A stretch of 64,000 nucleotides of DNA from Eledone cirrhosa (GCA_964016885.1 OZ024742.1:127100001-127164000); one strand, 5' to 3'; positions 1 through 14,655 are shown, numbered from the stretch's first letter. A program made the numbers and translations. The notes: generated by a model from the letters alone, not told the origin.

Positions 1-218
1 GTATGTTTGAATATGACATGCAAGAACATATATATATATATATGAATAAAGTAAGCACAAATCATAGTAGATTTAAATATCACAGAGAGAAAGAGAGTGT
101 GTGTGTGTGTGTGTGGGGGGGGGGGGGTGCAACAGAAATGAAACATGGATTACAGGTTAAAATATAGTCGAAATAGATGTGAAACAAAACGAGGATGTAG
201 TTTATGGAACACATAAAT

Positions 219-690
219 GATTTAGGAGTCGACCTTAAGTAGGAGTAATAATATAAAAAAATACATAAATGACACCACAACACATTGTTTTGAAAATTTT
301 GAAAGTAGGTTTATAAGTATGAATTTTCATATGATTGCTGTAGTTGTCTCTGTGGCCTAGCGGTAGGTACTAGAGACGGTGGAGATCCTGGCCTTGGGTT
401 CAATTCTGTTTGAGAAGTACATGGAACCTTTCAGTTTTTATTTTACAACCAATAGAAAAAAAATGAAAATGTTTACAGGAAACCCTACTCTCGACTAGGA
501 TCGAACTTCAGACGAGGATCACCACCGTTTGATTCCGCCAAGTAGGCCATCGAGACAGCAACGGAAGTATAATGAAAATTGATAATTATAAACCTACTTT
601 CAAAATCAAAGTTAAAAAGATGTTGTGTTGTTCATGGCTTTCCTAGAACTATTAGTAATATTTAGGGTCGACTTCTGGTCATTATATTTT
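219..690. repeat. Degenerate inverted repeat holding two convergent tRNA-like heads (about 346-414 +, about 486-556 -)
   Basis: The reverse complement of 486-680 shares AGTCGACC, TTTTGAAAGTAGGTTTATAA, AATTTTCAT, GTCTC..TGGCCTA, ACGGTGG.GATCCT and a B-box-like GTTCRAT with 226-414. Confidence 0.55.
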
Positions 691-1336
691 ATATAATATA
701 TTATATAATATACATAATATTTTTTATTGGAGAAGGTAAGATATTTTTCCTCAAAATTTTGATTGCACTGTTTTGTTTCCACTTATGTATTTTTCGAAAA
801 TGTTATTTATTCATTATAAAAATTAAATGAGAGCATTCTATATGTAGGTGGGCCCCCTTCATATCCTAGCAACCAATATTTTTAGACCCAGTCCTCCACT
901 GGTCCTGAGGTACAATGGCTGAATAAAACACAGGATGAACATGCAAACACCTTTGAACATTCGATTATGGTTTTAACAACAATGACACCACTAAAAATCT
1001 CAATTCCAGGAAAACCGATATACTTTCATACTAGCAAGCAGCCTGAATCCATCTCAATGTATAACACCCACACCTGGTTCTTGAATAATGTTAGTCGAGT
1101 CCAAACTATTCCAAGTCTTTGAACCAGGTCGCTTTTACTCCCAACAGTCACAGGGGCGCTAAAATGATCATTGGCTGTGTACGTTCTCCTCTGACTTCGT
1201 GCTAAAATAAAGGTAAAGAACCCTTAACGCCCTATGAAATCTTATGAGCTCCGTACTGACTCACGGGGTGTTTTATGCACATTAAACGTGGTAGAACCCA
1301 ATCCTCTCCAGATTAGAATACAGCCGAGTTCTTCAA

Positions 1337-1344
1337 GAGAGAGA

Positions 1345-1420
<76 letters not shown>
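1337..1420. repeat. (GA)n microsatellite
   Basis: Direct reading; it explains the RE/SL ORFs here. Confidence 0.95.
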
Positions 1421-1421
<1 letters not shown>

Positions 1422-1499
1422 GGAGGGGAGAGACGGGGCGGGGGGGAGGGCAGAGGAGGGGAAGAAAGGAAGAGAGAGGGAGGTGGAGAGAAATGAAGT

Positions 1500-1841
1500 C
1501 GAATCAACGCAGTACTGGTTCTGTATTTTTCGACCTGGAAAGGATGAAAGGCAAAGTTAACCTCGTCGGGATTTGAACTCAGAATGGCAAGGGCCGTAAC
1601 TCTATGCGTCAAAGCATGGCGTCCGACCCTCTACCGATACTGCCAATCCACAAATAATTGTTTCTACTTTAGGCACAAGGCCACCAATTACCCAGTGTAT
1701 TACTGGTACTTTATTTTATCGACCCCGTAAGGATGAAAGGCAAAGTTAACCTCAGCGGGATTTGAACTCAGATCATAAAGGGACGTAACTCTATGCTTCA
1801 AGGCATGGCGTCCGACCCTCTACCGATACTGCCAATCCACA
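1500..1841 (-). mobile_element. Two head-to-tail tRNA-derived SINEs with a Meta-like central domain (about 1500-1652 and 1656-1841)
   Basis: The minus strand reads GTGGATTGGCAGTATCGGTAGAGGGTCGGACGCC...TGAGTTCAAATCCCG...GCCTTTCATCCTTACGGGGTCGATAAAATAAAGTACCAG, as at 13130-13312. Confidence 0.8.
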
Positions 1842-2205
1842 AATAATATAAGATAATAGCAGGAAGAAAATACTATATTTCCATAACGAACAAAAACAAA
1901 TGTTAACGTAAGCAATATAAACAGCCAACACATCAACAATAATAACAACAACAATAAGTGTAAGACAGAGAGAACGAGCTGCCCAACATCAAGTCTGATC
2001 GATTAATATTATAACTGTTTCGTCGATTCTCCTTTGACAACCAAAGTAAGGGTCCTTTGTGATAAATAATGATTCAGCAGTCCCATCTGATAATATCATA
2101 GAAAAGGTAGGGTATATGTGATTGGTGCAGAGGGGAAAAGGGGGAGAGGAGAGGAATATATGTGATAAAGAGGAGGTGGGAGTTCACATCACATCATTCA
2201 CATAA

Positions 2206-2214
<9 letters not shown>

Positions 2215-2286
<72 letters not shown>

Positions 2287-2347
2287 CATGTATGCATGCA
2301 TACATTTATACATGAATATATAAAGAGAGAGAGAGAGAGAGATGAGA

Positions 2348-2386
<39 letters not shown>

Positions 2387-2434
2387 GCGAGCGAGAGAGA
2401 GCGAGCGAGAGAGAGCGAGCGAGAGAGAGAGAGC

Positions 2435-2492
<58 letters not shown>

Positions 2493-2805
2493 GAGAGAGA
2501 GAGAGAGAGCGAGAGAGCGAGCGAGAGAGAGAGAGCGAGAGAGTCTGCAGTTCTGAGACCATGGAAACCACAAACCATAGCAGTACTCAATGCATGGGAA
2601 GAAGCAGAGAAAATATTGAGGAAGATATAAACTCGACCGCGACTCAAGCGGTTTGGGCTCGTGTTCAATAAGCCTTTCGTGAGTTGAAAAGACTTGCTGA
2701 ACAAAAGCCGAAACCGCTCGGCGTTATGGTCGGGTTATACCTCTCTCTCTCTCTCTCTCTGTCGCTCTCTCCCTCTCCCTCTCTCTCTCCCTCTCCCTCT
2801 CTCTG
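2215..2805. repeat. (CA)n/(TA)n/(GA)n/(CT)n microsatellite cluster
   Basis: Direct reading. Confidence 0.9.
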
Positions 2806-2809
2806 TATA

Positions 2810-2960
2810 GTTTAACGCTTGAAATAATAGGAAAGAGTCTAAACGTGTTGGGCACTAGCCCGTCACCAGAAGATAGAATGAGAAATAAAGATAAAATAGA
2901 AAGATATAGAATGAGAAGCGCAAACGTACGGGGGTGGTGAGAATCAAGAAAAAAATCACT
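2810..2960 (-). mobile_element. Old PLE pseudo-LTR-like fragment with a degenerate hammerhead; same family as 14850-14960
   Basis: TTTAACGCTTGAAATA...CAGAAGA...AATGAGAAATAA matches the reverse complement of 14850-14955. The core has decayed to CTGGTGA-GGGC/GCCC-AACACG. Confidence 0.5.
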
Positions 2961-3540
2961 CGTGCGTATTCAGTCAGCCATTTTTTGTGTGATATAGGTC
3001 AATATGTATCTTAGGAGATAAATGAAAAGGGAAAACTGAAAGTTAGAAAAACTAAGTTAAGGACGATATGTATACAATGGTTGTTGGTAATGGTCGGGTT
3101 TGTTATAGAAACGGTAGAGATTGAAGTAAGAATGGGATGTTAGCGTTATATACAGTAAGTAAATGGATTACTTGAGCACACCGAGACGGACCTCAATGCA
3201 AATATCAGGGAGAGCGGCGTCGCCAACTATGTTTATATGATAAGACGGTAAGCATACACATACACGTGCACCAGGTCCGAACACAGGAGGAGTCGAGCTC
3301 CCTCCCACTGTCATCACCTCCATCTCTCTCGCCCTGCCCATTCCTTACTATTATGAGCAAATGGGATCCCACGCGCTGATTGCCCCCACGGCCCCGACGG
3401 ACAGAATGGAGAAGGCGTTTCACGGAGGGTGGGAAGGGAGATGCGCTAGAAGAGCGATAGAAAGGTATAGGAAGATGGTGATCATTGTATATTAGAGGTG
3501 GACGTATGTATGCATGAGTGCGAGCGACGCGCGTATGGTG

Positions 3541-3606
<66 letters not shown>

Positions 3607-4003
3607 GTGTGTGTGTGTGTGTGTGTGTGTTTGTTGGTTGGGTTGGTTGGTTTGAAGGATGTGCAATGCACCATGACGAGTTGGCTGCTGTAAGAGTGTC
3701 GAGGTGTGAGTAAGCGTGAACTAACATATGTATGTGAATGTCTACATATACATACATACACATATAGTAGTCCGGAAGGCCTGGATAAGAAAGGAGGTGG
3801 TAGCAAATATGATCGTTGCCTTATATTTCATTTCGTGGTATTGTCATAAGCGAAGCTGTTTAACTTCGGGTACGATGATATGGTAGTACAGCTCAACTAC
3901 GAAGTGTGAAGTCACTCCTTGCGTGGAGGTGTTTTCCTGCTAGAATGTCCCGCGATAACACACACACACACATATGTATGTATACTGGTTCAATTTCAAT
4001 CCT

Positions 4004-4044
<41 letters not shown>

Positions 4045-4104
4045 ACACACACACACACACACCACACACATCATAGAATGACCAATGTTTTGCACCAGAG
4101 AAAT

Positions 4105-4392
4105 TTCTGTTCTGAGGCACAAGTCTGAGCAAGGTGTGTTTGTGGAAGACAAGCAGTAGCCTATGCATGCAAGTCTCCCCTCTCCCACGCTGCAGATGTT
4201 GTCCAAGGGAAATGTAATAGCCGATACAGCTTAGCACCAGTGACGTCGCAACTCGTTTCTACAGCTGAGTGAATGGAACAACATGAAATATTGTTTTTCT
4301 CAAGGACACAACGCACCGCCGGTCCTGAATTCGAATTCACAACCTTATGATTGTGAGTTCAACGCTCTCACCACTAAGCCACACGCCTTCAC
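4105..4392 (-). mobile_element. CORE-type tRNA-derived SINE
   Basis: Minus strand: tRNA-like head (GTGTGGCTTAGTGGTGAGAGCG...GAATTCGAATTC) followed by a CORE-like GCGTTGTGTCCTTGAG...TTCACTCAGCTGTAG. Confidence 0.7.
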
Positions 4393-4454
4393 ATCCACCC
4401 ATACACACATATCTATGTATATATACGTATGTATGTGACCATAACGCAATAGCT

Positions 4455-4602
4455 AAGAGTTTATCCTGTGATGGTTTGGCGTACTGTCCAAGGAGGGTGG
4501 GGGTGGGAGGTGGGGTAGTATTGTACTCTCAGTCGCTTAACACAATGGAAACCGGATAAGCACTGACCTGATGATCCTCCGGGCTTGAGACAGACTTTAG
4601 AC
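4455..4602 (+). mobile_element. SINE 3' remnant
   Basis: CCTGTGATGGTTTGGCGTACTGTCCAAGG...CAGTCGCTT...GGAAACCGGATAAGC...CAGACTTTA resembles conserved invertebrate SINE tails; recognised from memory. Confidence 0.45.
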
Positions 4603-4607
4603 TAGAG

Positions 4608-4643
<36 letters not shown>

Positions 4644-4977
4644 GGAGGTGAGTTTTATTAACTTCAAAATCTTTTAAATTATTTATTATCTTCCAACGGT
4701 TTTTTAATTTCTCTCTGTGAGACAATATTTTCTCAGTTGTAAAGGCTATCTCTCTCTCTCTCTATCACCCATTTCTCCTTCTCTCTCATCCTTCCTTCTT
4801 ATACTCATCCCCCACCATCCTTTACTCTTATTTCTTCCTCTTCTAACCTTTTCCACCCCACCCCACCCCCCCGCACTTTTTCCCAATCTCATACATCCAT
4901 CTTAATTTATTTTCATATGTTGATTTAAAACTTCACTGCTCACAAGTGTTTTTTAAGCTTCATATCATGTCTCCCTA

Positions 4978-5045
4978 TTTTATCTGATGAGAACGTAGAT
5001 ATCATCCCATGATGATATTTGTTTTTGAAAATGCGCATAATAAAA
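4978..5045 (+). ncRNA. Minimal hammerhead-like motif in a probable PLE 3' end
   Basis: TTTTAT-CTGATGA-[stem II with GATATCATC/GATGATATT]-GAAA-ATGCGCA-TA-ATAAAA. Stem I is TTTTAT/ATAAAA and helix III is palindromic. Confidence 0.55.
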
Positions 5046-5077
5046 TATTTGGAACACTTTTAACCATCTTTTGATCT

Positions 5078-5111
<34 letters not shown>

Positions 5112-5114
<3 letters not shown>

Positions 5115-5455
5115 CAGTGGATCTGGTAATACGCAGATCTGACTGATCGCCCAGTCTGCTAATATGCAAATCAGGCCGATCAGTCACTGTGTATTTTTGA
5201 AAATACCATATATTTTCACTAGCTCTGACAGTTTGGCAGGTCAAGAGTGAGCTGTACTGATGAAGGGTGATACCCAGAAACATTAGTGTCTGCAGTTCTG
5301 TTCGCATGCCAACACAAGAGCAAGAATGAAGTGTTCATTCTAGTGACATGGCTATAAAATTGAGGCTTGTTTGCATAATTGCAAACGAATCGAATGTTAT
5401 TATTAATATTCGAAAAACTCAGATTACATTTATTGTATTCAGTCATGTAGAGCGA
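5112..5455 (+). mobile_element. Short non-coding hammerhead-bearing repeat (retrozyme-like or PLE-derived)
   Basis: Starts at (TA)n and contains the HHR at 5251-5296. Its 3' half recurs at 21226-21490. It shares AATATGCAAATYAGGCYGNTCAG with the 466-bp array. Confidence 0.6.
5251..5296 (+). ncRNA. Type I hammerhead ribozyme, canonical core, predicted GUC cleavage after 5290
   Basis: GCTGTA-CTGATGA-A-GGGT-GAT-ACCC-A-GAAA-CATTAGTG-TC-TGCAGT; all three helices pair. Confidence 0.75.
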
Positions 5456-5474
5456 AATTTTATTTTTTATTTAT

Positions 5475-6185
5475 CGATGATGGTTGGAAGATCACTGATG
5501 AAGGACCACTTTATTCATATGTAACCCATTTGCAACTCCGCAGCACGTTTATTCTCATATTTACACATATTTTTTTTCCCCGCTGTTACCCGTCCTATTT
5601 CGTTCTTACTGCTTCCTCTTTCTCTGTATCTTTACCCTCTCTAACAGTCACTCTCTCTGTTAGCCTCTTCCTCACCCTTCACTCACTCACTCTCTGTTAC
5701 TACTCTCCTCCTCCTCCTTCTTCCCGTTTGACCTGTGCGTAATTCTTTTCTTTCGCACGCTTGGCCAGGCCGGTTGGCATTTTTTCTCTCGTCTACGATT
5801 TCACAGAACTTATGTTTACCGAATTCACGGACTAGACCCCTTCTTCCTCCCGTTAGACCTGTGCGAAATTCCTTCCTTGCTCACATTTCAACCAGGTTTG
5901 ATGGTCTTTATTCTCTCTCGTTCACGATTTCACCGAACTTATATTCATGGAAATTTGGGACTTGACTCGTTCTTCCTCACTTTTCGTTGCTTCACCATCT
6001 TTGTTTGTTTACACTTTCGCTGTTCCCTTTATTTACATGTCCCAACGACTTTCTTTAGCCGTTGCTCGCACCAACCGGAGGTATATGGTCTTAAAGCGAA
6101 GAAATACCGATGATGGTTGGAAGATCACTGATGAAGGACCACTTTATTCATATGTAACCCATTTGCAACTCCGCAGCACGTTTAT

Positions 6186-6192
<7 letters not shown>
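5475..6192. mobile_element. About 720-bp element bounded by about 85-bp identical direct repeats (5475-5560, 6109-6192)
   Basis: CGATGATGGTTGGAAGATCACTGATGAAGGACCAC...GCACGTTTATTCTCATAT occurs twice; the element ends in (TA)n. Confidence 0.6.
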
Positions 6193-6579
<387 letters not shown>

Positions 6580-6729
6580 GAAGTTGGAAAAAATAGCATG
6601 GAAAATATATTTTATGGTTTGTTTTTTCTTTTTTTTTATCCTTTCTTTAATTCGTCAAAGTGACATTATTGAAAAGACATTATTGAAAAAATGAGAGGGA
6701 CAATTCTTTTTAAAATGTTTTATAATGTA

Positions 6730-8020
6730 CAGGGTGCGGCCGATATTTGTTCGCAAGATTACTGTCTAGGAAAAACTAACACAGTAGTTTTATTTTTTAA
6801 GATATATTTATCAAACTTTGGTAAGTTTGTCTTCATGATTTGTTCTTTCGATCTCACTCGATAAACCCGCCATTGGCTTTGATGACAGCCTCAAAGTGGC
6901 CTTGGAACCGGCTACAGGCCTTTGTCACTGTCCCCCGACATAGGCCCCTAAAGGCACTTGTAATCCTGGCCTTCAGATCGTCTTTCGTATTGCAGCTAGA
7001 TCTGCTGGTGTCTCGTTCCACTGCGCCCCACACAAAGAAGTCGAGGGGTTGCAGTCAGGCGAGCTGGGAGGCCAGATGTCAGGTGAAGTGTGGTCGACGA
7101 AGTTCTCTGACAGCCAGGCTTGGGTCTTTCGGCTGGTATGGCAGGGCGCTGAGTCTTGTTGCCACACGTACGGCCTACCTGCAGCTATCTGGTCGATCCA
7201 GGGCTTTACTACCTCGCTCAGAACGCGGATGTAGCCATCGGTGTTCAGCTTGAGGCCCTCCGGGAAGGAGTGAGGTGGCATGACGTTACCTTGACTGCTG
7301 ACGGCACCTAAGACCAATGTTGTCGCTGGAAACTTTGTCTGCATGACTCTGGGCACGTCCTTGGATGAGACAGCGAGTCACCTGTTGGGAGTTGATCTTC
7401 TGGTCTTGGCAGAGGTTTTTCTCGTCGGAGAAAAACCACAGCATGTCTGGCTCCAGTGGGTGTTTCACTTGTTGATCAGCTTCTTTGCGTGCTTCAGTCG
7501 CTTTTCTTGCATCGCCTTTGACAGAAATTTTCCTTTACTCATCTTGTATGAAACGTAGCGAATGTCTTCATTTACCACCAGCCTAATGAGCTTTTCATCC
7601 ACGCCTTTCTCCCTTGCATCGACTTGCTAGGTTCATTGTTGATGATATCCTGAACTTCAGCGACGAACTCGGGCGTTCTGAAGGCGTCAGATCGTCGATG
7701 ATGTGTTTTCCTCTCTGATGTTGCTTCGTAGTCGAATCCTGAATCTTCCAATTCCTTTCTGACCTTTTCCACCATTCTCCTGCTGACGCCGAAAAAAGTC
7801 TGAAATTTCCTTATTTGTCCTCCCAGCGCAGATTCCAAGAAGAACTTCGTGTCTCTTTCACAAATTTGGAGGTTCAAATTATTCATAATCAATTATTCTG
7901 AAAATAAATAATGGAAATATAGTCACTGTTTTTATGAAGACAAGAGTGACAACGAAAGTAAAAAAAAAATTGTATAAAATTAGCAGTTGAAAATTGCGAA
8001 CAAATATCGTCCACACCTTG
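6730..8020 (-). mobile_element. Tc1/mariner DNA transposon, DD37D (maT) family, full length but frameshifted
   Basis: 27-bp TIRs (CAGGGTGCGGCCGATATTTGTTCGCAA, 3 mismatches) and a TA target duplication. Transposase pieces WFFSDEKN and WQQDSAPCH...WPPSSPDCNP(L)D give 37 residues between the second and third Asp after restoring a 1-nt deletion. Confidence 0.9.
6850..7892 (-). pseudogene. maT transposase pseudogene
   Basis: Broken ORFs 7572-7892, 7286-7468 and 6973-7356 carry the DDD catalytic motifs. Confidence 0.85.
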
Positions 8021-8066
8021 TATATAAAGTATATAAAGTATTACCGATTTCGATGTATTATTAAAC

Positions 8067-8182
8067 TGAGTTCAAATCCCGCCGAAGTTGACTTTGCCTT
8101 TCATCCTTACGGGGTCGATAAAATAAAGTACCAGTAATGCACTGGGTATTTGCTGGCCTTGTGCCTAAAGTAGAAACAATTA
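8067..8182 (+). mobile_element. 5'-truncated Meta-domain SINE
   Basis: CTGAGTTCAAATCCCGCCGAAGTTGACTTTGCCTTTCATCCTTACGGGGTCGATAAAATAAAGTACCAG. Confidence 0.8.
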
Positions 8183-9669
8183 TTAAAATTCATCTTATCA
8201 AATGTTGAGTATTGAAATAAAAAAATTAAAAAGAATTAATAGGAGTTACAAACTAAAAATTAAAGATTTAAAATTAAAATTAAATGTTGGAGTAAGTTTT
8301 TTTCCCACCTTTCTTGCTCAAAAGTGGACTGGAGAATGAGTTGTTGTTAATAGAGTGAGGTGTAGTGAAGATAGTAGCAGCAGTGTTGGTGGTTGTGTTT
8401 CTTCACAGAATAAAGTTTTTTTTTTGGGGGGGGGGGGGCAAAGGAAACATCCTGTAAATATGTGTGTGTATATCTGATTGTGTTTATTGACTGGTCAAGA
8501 ATTCAAAAGGGGGTGGGGAATTGTAAGCTAGAGTTATTTCTATGGCAGCAGTAGGATTGTAAAAGAAATTCTATTATTGGAACATGGTTTAGGGAGTGTG
8601 TGTGTATATATAGTGTGAGGGTGTATATATATAACAATACACACATATGTGTGTTTGGGCGGGGGCTGTTTATATTCTCATAGCGGGGATGGTCAACCCC
8701 ATTGTCCAGGCATAGATTAGGGGTAGTATTAAGGCCTATTGTTACTCATACTCTGCCACCACCACTAGATTTCGATCATCTGCCATTGGCAAGACAAATC
8801 GCACTATACTTTAAGTGTCATATTACCAGCCTGGACGGGATGATCATTTGGTTGGAAGAGGAGGGACCTGCCTAGGCTAGTTTTTGGTGAGTTTAGTGTA
8901 GTGGATAGTCAGCTTTCGTTTCCGCCTGCGCAGACTTGTGGAGGTGAATTGTTGATCACAGGGAAACAGGCAGGCGATTCAAGAACACACGCCTTGTCCG
9001 TTCGCTTGTCGTTTCTGTTTGGATTGCCTTGGGAACGTAACCTTATTATATAAGAAGCTGCCTGATGATGTCACGGCACTAGGTACACGGAATCGTGTGG
9101 CCCCTGACGTCATTGAAAAATCTATTACAGCATTACCAATAAAGGACTTTAACATCTGAAACTACTTCGCATTTTCTCATTCTAAATATACTCCGTGTTT
9201 CCTATGTGGAGAAAATGCGTCGAGTGCTTGATTTGAATTGCATCAATATTTGAATTGCATCAATATTTTCCGTAAGATTATATATATATATAGATAGATA
9301 GATATTCAAAACAACGAACAGCGGAGGACACGTTTCGCACCTTTCCGACAGACACCCCCCCCCCCCCCGAAAAAAAAACCAGTTGATCAGAAATATATAG
9401 GGACAATTAAATCTCTCCCAAGGTAACTCTTTCTCGTGTTGTTATTTTCATTTTTATCCTTTACGCTATTTCCTTCATTCCTCTACACGTTACAGTCTTA
9501 TACACGCCACGCATCTCAACGTACACCCACTTACATCTCTCTCTCCACCACCGGATCTTGTTACCCGGAGATTTACCCATCTGCATTGTCGAGGCTTCCA
9601 AACGACTTTTCCTTATTATTCCACAATGCTTCAAGCAAACTTCAATACTCTCTTATATATATATATATA

Positions 9670-9800
9670 GTTTACTAAATGAACAGAGAACAACAAACAG
9701 AGAGGCAGTACAAATGATATTAGTATTAGTTTCACGCTTGAGAGTGGGGTTGGGGGACGACGTTTCGGGAATAAGCTCTTCATCAGGAGAACAGTGGGTA
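9670..9800 (-). mobile_element. Old PLE pseudo-LTR-like end with a degenerate hammerhead (about 9755-9790)
   Basis: Minus strand CTGATGA-AGAGCTTATTCCC-GAAACGTC next to (TA)n; the stems are eroded. Confidence 0.45.
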
Positions 9801-10623
9801 GGAAGAGAGTTCCGAGGGTGTGTGGGGGAGTGGTGGAAAGACATTTAAAAAAAGGGGGGGGAGAAAAGTAAGGGAAAACATTATTTTCAGAGAGTAAAGG
9901 AAATATTTTAAAAGTACAAATAAAAATAAAAATAAAAATAAACAAGTGGTGAAAGGGTGTGAGGCGTGTAGGGGGGAGGCAGGGGGTCAGAGCGGAGAGG
10001 ACTGAAGGTGGTGTTTGTGTATGGGTGTAGGTGTACGTGTGTGTGTGTGTGTGTGTATGTGAATGTGAGAGTTGGGGAAAAAACGAGGTTCCATGTTCAG
10101 GTAAAAGGGAAACCGGTGTGTACATGGGGTGGGGTGTACGTCGGTGTGTGCGTGTGGATGGAGAGGAGGGGTGGGGGCCGTGTGGAGTCCGGAGGCTGAG
10201 TGTATGTAAGTGGGGATACGCACGTGTGTGTTTGTGTTTATATGTGGTGTGGATGTAGGTGGCGTGGTTCGAAATTAATGTAAGTGTTTGTTCGTGTGTA
10301 TGTTCCTAATGTATTTCCATGGAGTGTGAGACAAGATGTTGGAGATTTCACGTGTCGTAGAATGGTTAGCTGGAACAATGACTGTCGGTGTGATATATAT
10401 CATTGTATCTGTGTGTGCGTATAATGTCAGAAAGACAAGGGTATGAACCGTAGAACGTCTTTTGTTACATGTGCTTTCCAGGTAATGTCCTGGCCCTTTT
10501 CTTCATTCACATGTATGTGCCATTGATCTTCTTTGTAAGGAGTCTAACATCATATAGCGATGGAGGATTGCATTAAGTAGACATGGGACACGTCAAAATG
10601 AGCCTACTGACAGAGTTCTTCTC

Positions 10624-11975
<1,352 letters not shown>

Positions 11976-12286
11976 AGTGGAGTGTATGTGTGCGTGAGAG
12001 TATATATGTATATATATGTAGGTTTATGCATACATACACACATATAGTAACTGCCTCAGTAGAAATCTTGAGAAGCTGTGCTTCACAGAACGGGATGGAA
12101 CACGACTAGTTAAAAAGTACAAACCATTAATGGAACAATAGAAATAAGTAAAACATTCCAAAAATTCTACATGTGATAACTGCATATAGACACCACACGT
12201 ACAGATACAAAACATATGTACATGCACACATATAACTCAAAACATCCACAGCCACACATACAATAACATTTATATCTGTACACACA

Positions 12287-12317
<31 letters not shown>

Positions 12318-12454
12318 GCGCGCATGTAGACATGCATACATATCTACCTAGTTGATGTCTAAATTCTAATGAAAGAGTCTTGGATCTATGTTGGAAACCG
12401 CCTCTCTCTCTCTCTCTTTACTGGTAAAACATTATAAAATTATGAAACCAGAAA

Positions 12455-12600
12455 AACATACATGCATACATACATACATACATATATACATACAAACATG
12501 CATACATACATACATGCATACATACATACATACATACATACATACATACATACATACACACATACATACATACATACATACATACATACATACATACATA
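12455..12600. repeat. (TACA)n microsatellite
   Basis: Direct reading. Confidence 0.9.
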
Positions 12601-12948
12601 GAAAACTGCACTCAATCACATTTAATAATACGGAATGTACACATGCATAAAGATCAATCCCACACACACTCACACTCACACTGACACACGTGTGCTAAAG
12701 AAACATTATGTTACATGCACATACGCACAAAGACACATATATACAGACACGCCGTATATCCGCACATACACCTACATAAATGTAGACACTAACTCTTTGA
12801 CAACATTTTACAACTGTCTTGAGTCAATAAAAAGAGCCTTGTTATTGGAATAATGGGAAGAGTCACTTCTGTAGAATTCAAAGAAAAACATACATACATA
12901 TATATGTGTGTATGTGTGTACATATGTGTATACATATATACATCCATC

Positions 12949-12979
<31 letters not shown>

Positions 12980-13076
12980 AAACATACATATATATATATA
13001 CAAACATACATATATACATACATACATATATACATACATCTATACATACATATATGCATTAGTGCATACATACATA

Positions 13077-13452
13077 CATGATGGCTGTCCCTCGTTATTG
13101 AGTATGGCCATTGCACGATATACCATTATTGGTGGATTGGTAGTATCGGTAGAGGGTCGGACGCCATGCTTTCCAGCATAGTTACGTCCCTTTACGATCT
13201 GAGTTCAAATCCCGCCGAGGTTGACTTTGCCTTTCATCCTTACGGGGTCGATAAAATAAAGTACCAGTAATGCACTGGATAATTGCTGGCCTTGTGCCTA
13301 ACGTAGAAACAATTAATTAATTCTATCGTGCAATGCCTGTGCGGGAAGATATTTTTTAAAGTGAGGAAAGACTGTGCACTGAGCCAATCCCACTCTCTGA
13401 GCGACAGTAGCTATAACCCGAAAAGAAGAAAAGATCAACATCATCGGTAATT
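13077..13452 (+). mobile_element. Dispersed non-coding repeat (possibly RTE-derived) interrupted by a SINE; relatives at 17013-17360 (-), 28919-29245 and 32482-32808
   Basis: 13077-13128 joined to 13313-13450 matches the reverse complement of 17155-17358 without the SINE. Confidence 0.65.
13130..13312 (+). mobile_element. Full-length Meta-domain tRNA-SINE
   Basis: A-box-like TGGTAGTATCGG, B-box GAGTTCAAATCCC and Meta-like GCCTTTCATCCTTACGGGGTCGATAAAATAAAGTACCAG. Confidence 0.85.
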
Positions 13453-13824
13453 TCTTCTTCTTCTTCTTCTTCTTCTTCTTCTTCTTCTTCTTCTTCTTTC
13501 TCCTGAGATCGAGATCACAGTTTTCAGTGTCCACCAGGAGGAAGTCGACAAACTTGGGCTCAAGAAGATTACACAATTTGGGCTCAAGAAGATTAATATC
13601 TCCCTGTTGATAACTTGGTTCGAATACTAGGTTGGAACCCATAACTTGCATGTGATGTTAAATTAGACGGCATAACATTAAAAGTTAATTGATATTCATG
13701 AGAAAATCTGCCTTATTTATGGTAACATGGCGTCTGCGCCTATAATTATGTCTGTGTGAGAAAGTAATTTCAACATTAAATACCACACCAAAACAAATAA
13801 ACGAATACGTACACAAATATTGAA

Positions 13825-13920
<96 letters not shown>

Positions 13921-13931
13921 TTATATATATA

Positions 13932-13969
<38 letters not shown>

Positions 13970-14219
13970 TACATTCATATATATATATATATAATATTAT
14001 ATATAATATTATATATAATATTATATATAATATTATATATATATATTATATGTTATATATAAATATATATATATATATGTGTGTGTGTGTGCGTATGTCC
14101 AAATGTGTCTATAAATCATAAATCTATTTTCAATTCGTTACAAAGACCTGTTTCAAGTGAGTCAGCAGCTAGTTCTCCCGACCCCCACCTCTCTCTCTGT
14201 ATATAAATATGAGGTAGAG

Positions 14220-14272
<53 letters not shown>

Positions 14273-14577
14273 ATATATATTCCTCTACCTCACTACTTCT
14301 ATAATAAAGCCTCCACGGCAAGCTTTTAACTGTTGCGTCACGCCCATATATATTAGTAAAAGTTGAGGATCGAGGTAACTTGATGAAGTAATTAGCCTCT
14401 TCTTTTACTAATATAACGTCTCTGCACCATACAATGTACCGGGTACTTCTCTGATTTGTGGTCTTGCCGGTTCCAGTACCGCAGATTATCAATATATATA
14501 TTTCCCACTCTACTATCCAAAGTATTGAGTACTTTGGTGCGTTATTGTCCATCTGTTTCCTTACCACAATTCCTTCG

Positions 14578-14655
<78 letters not shown>

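Noticed and set aside
346-414. Functional tRNA gene
   Set aside because: Only A/B-box-like traces; no complete cloverleaf.
2544-2700. RTE-like peptide traces (WKPQ..EKILRKI)
   Set aside because: Too short and degenerate to classify.
9057-9131. Possible hammerhead GCTG-C-CTGATGA...GAAA...TA-CAGC
   Set aside because: The core is itself paired in a hairpin and helix III does not form; too weak to call.
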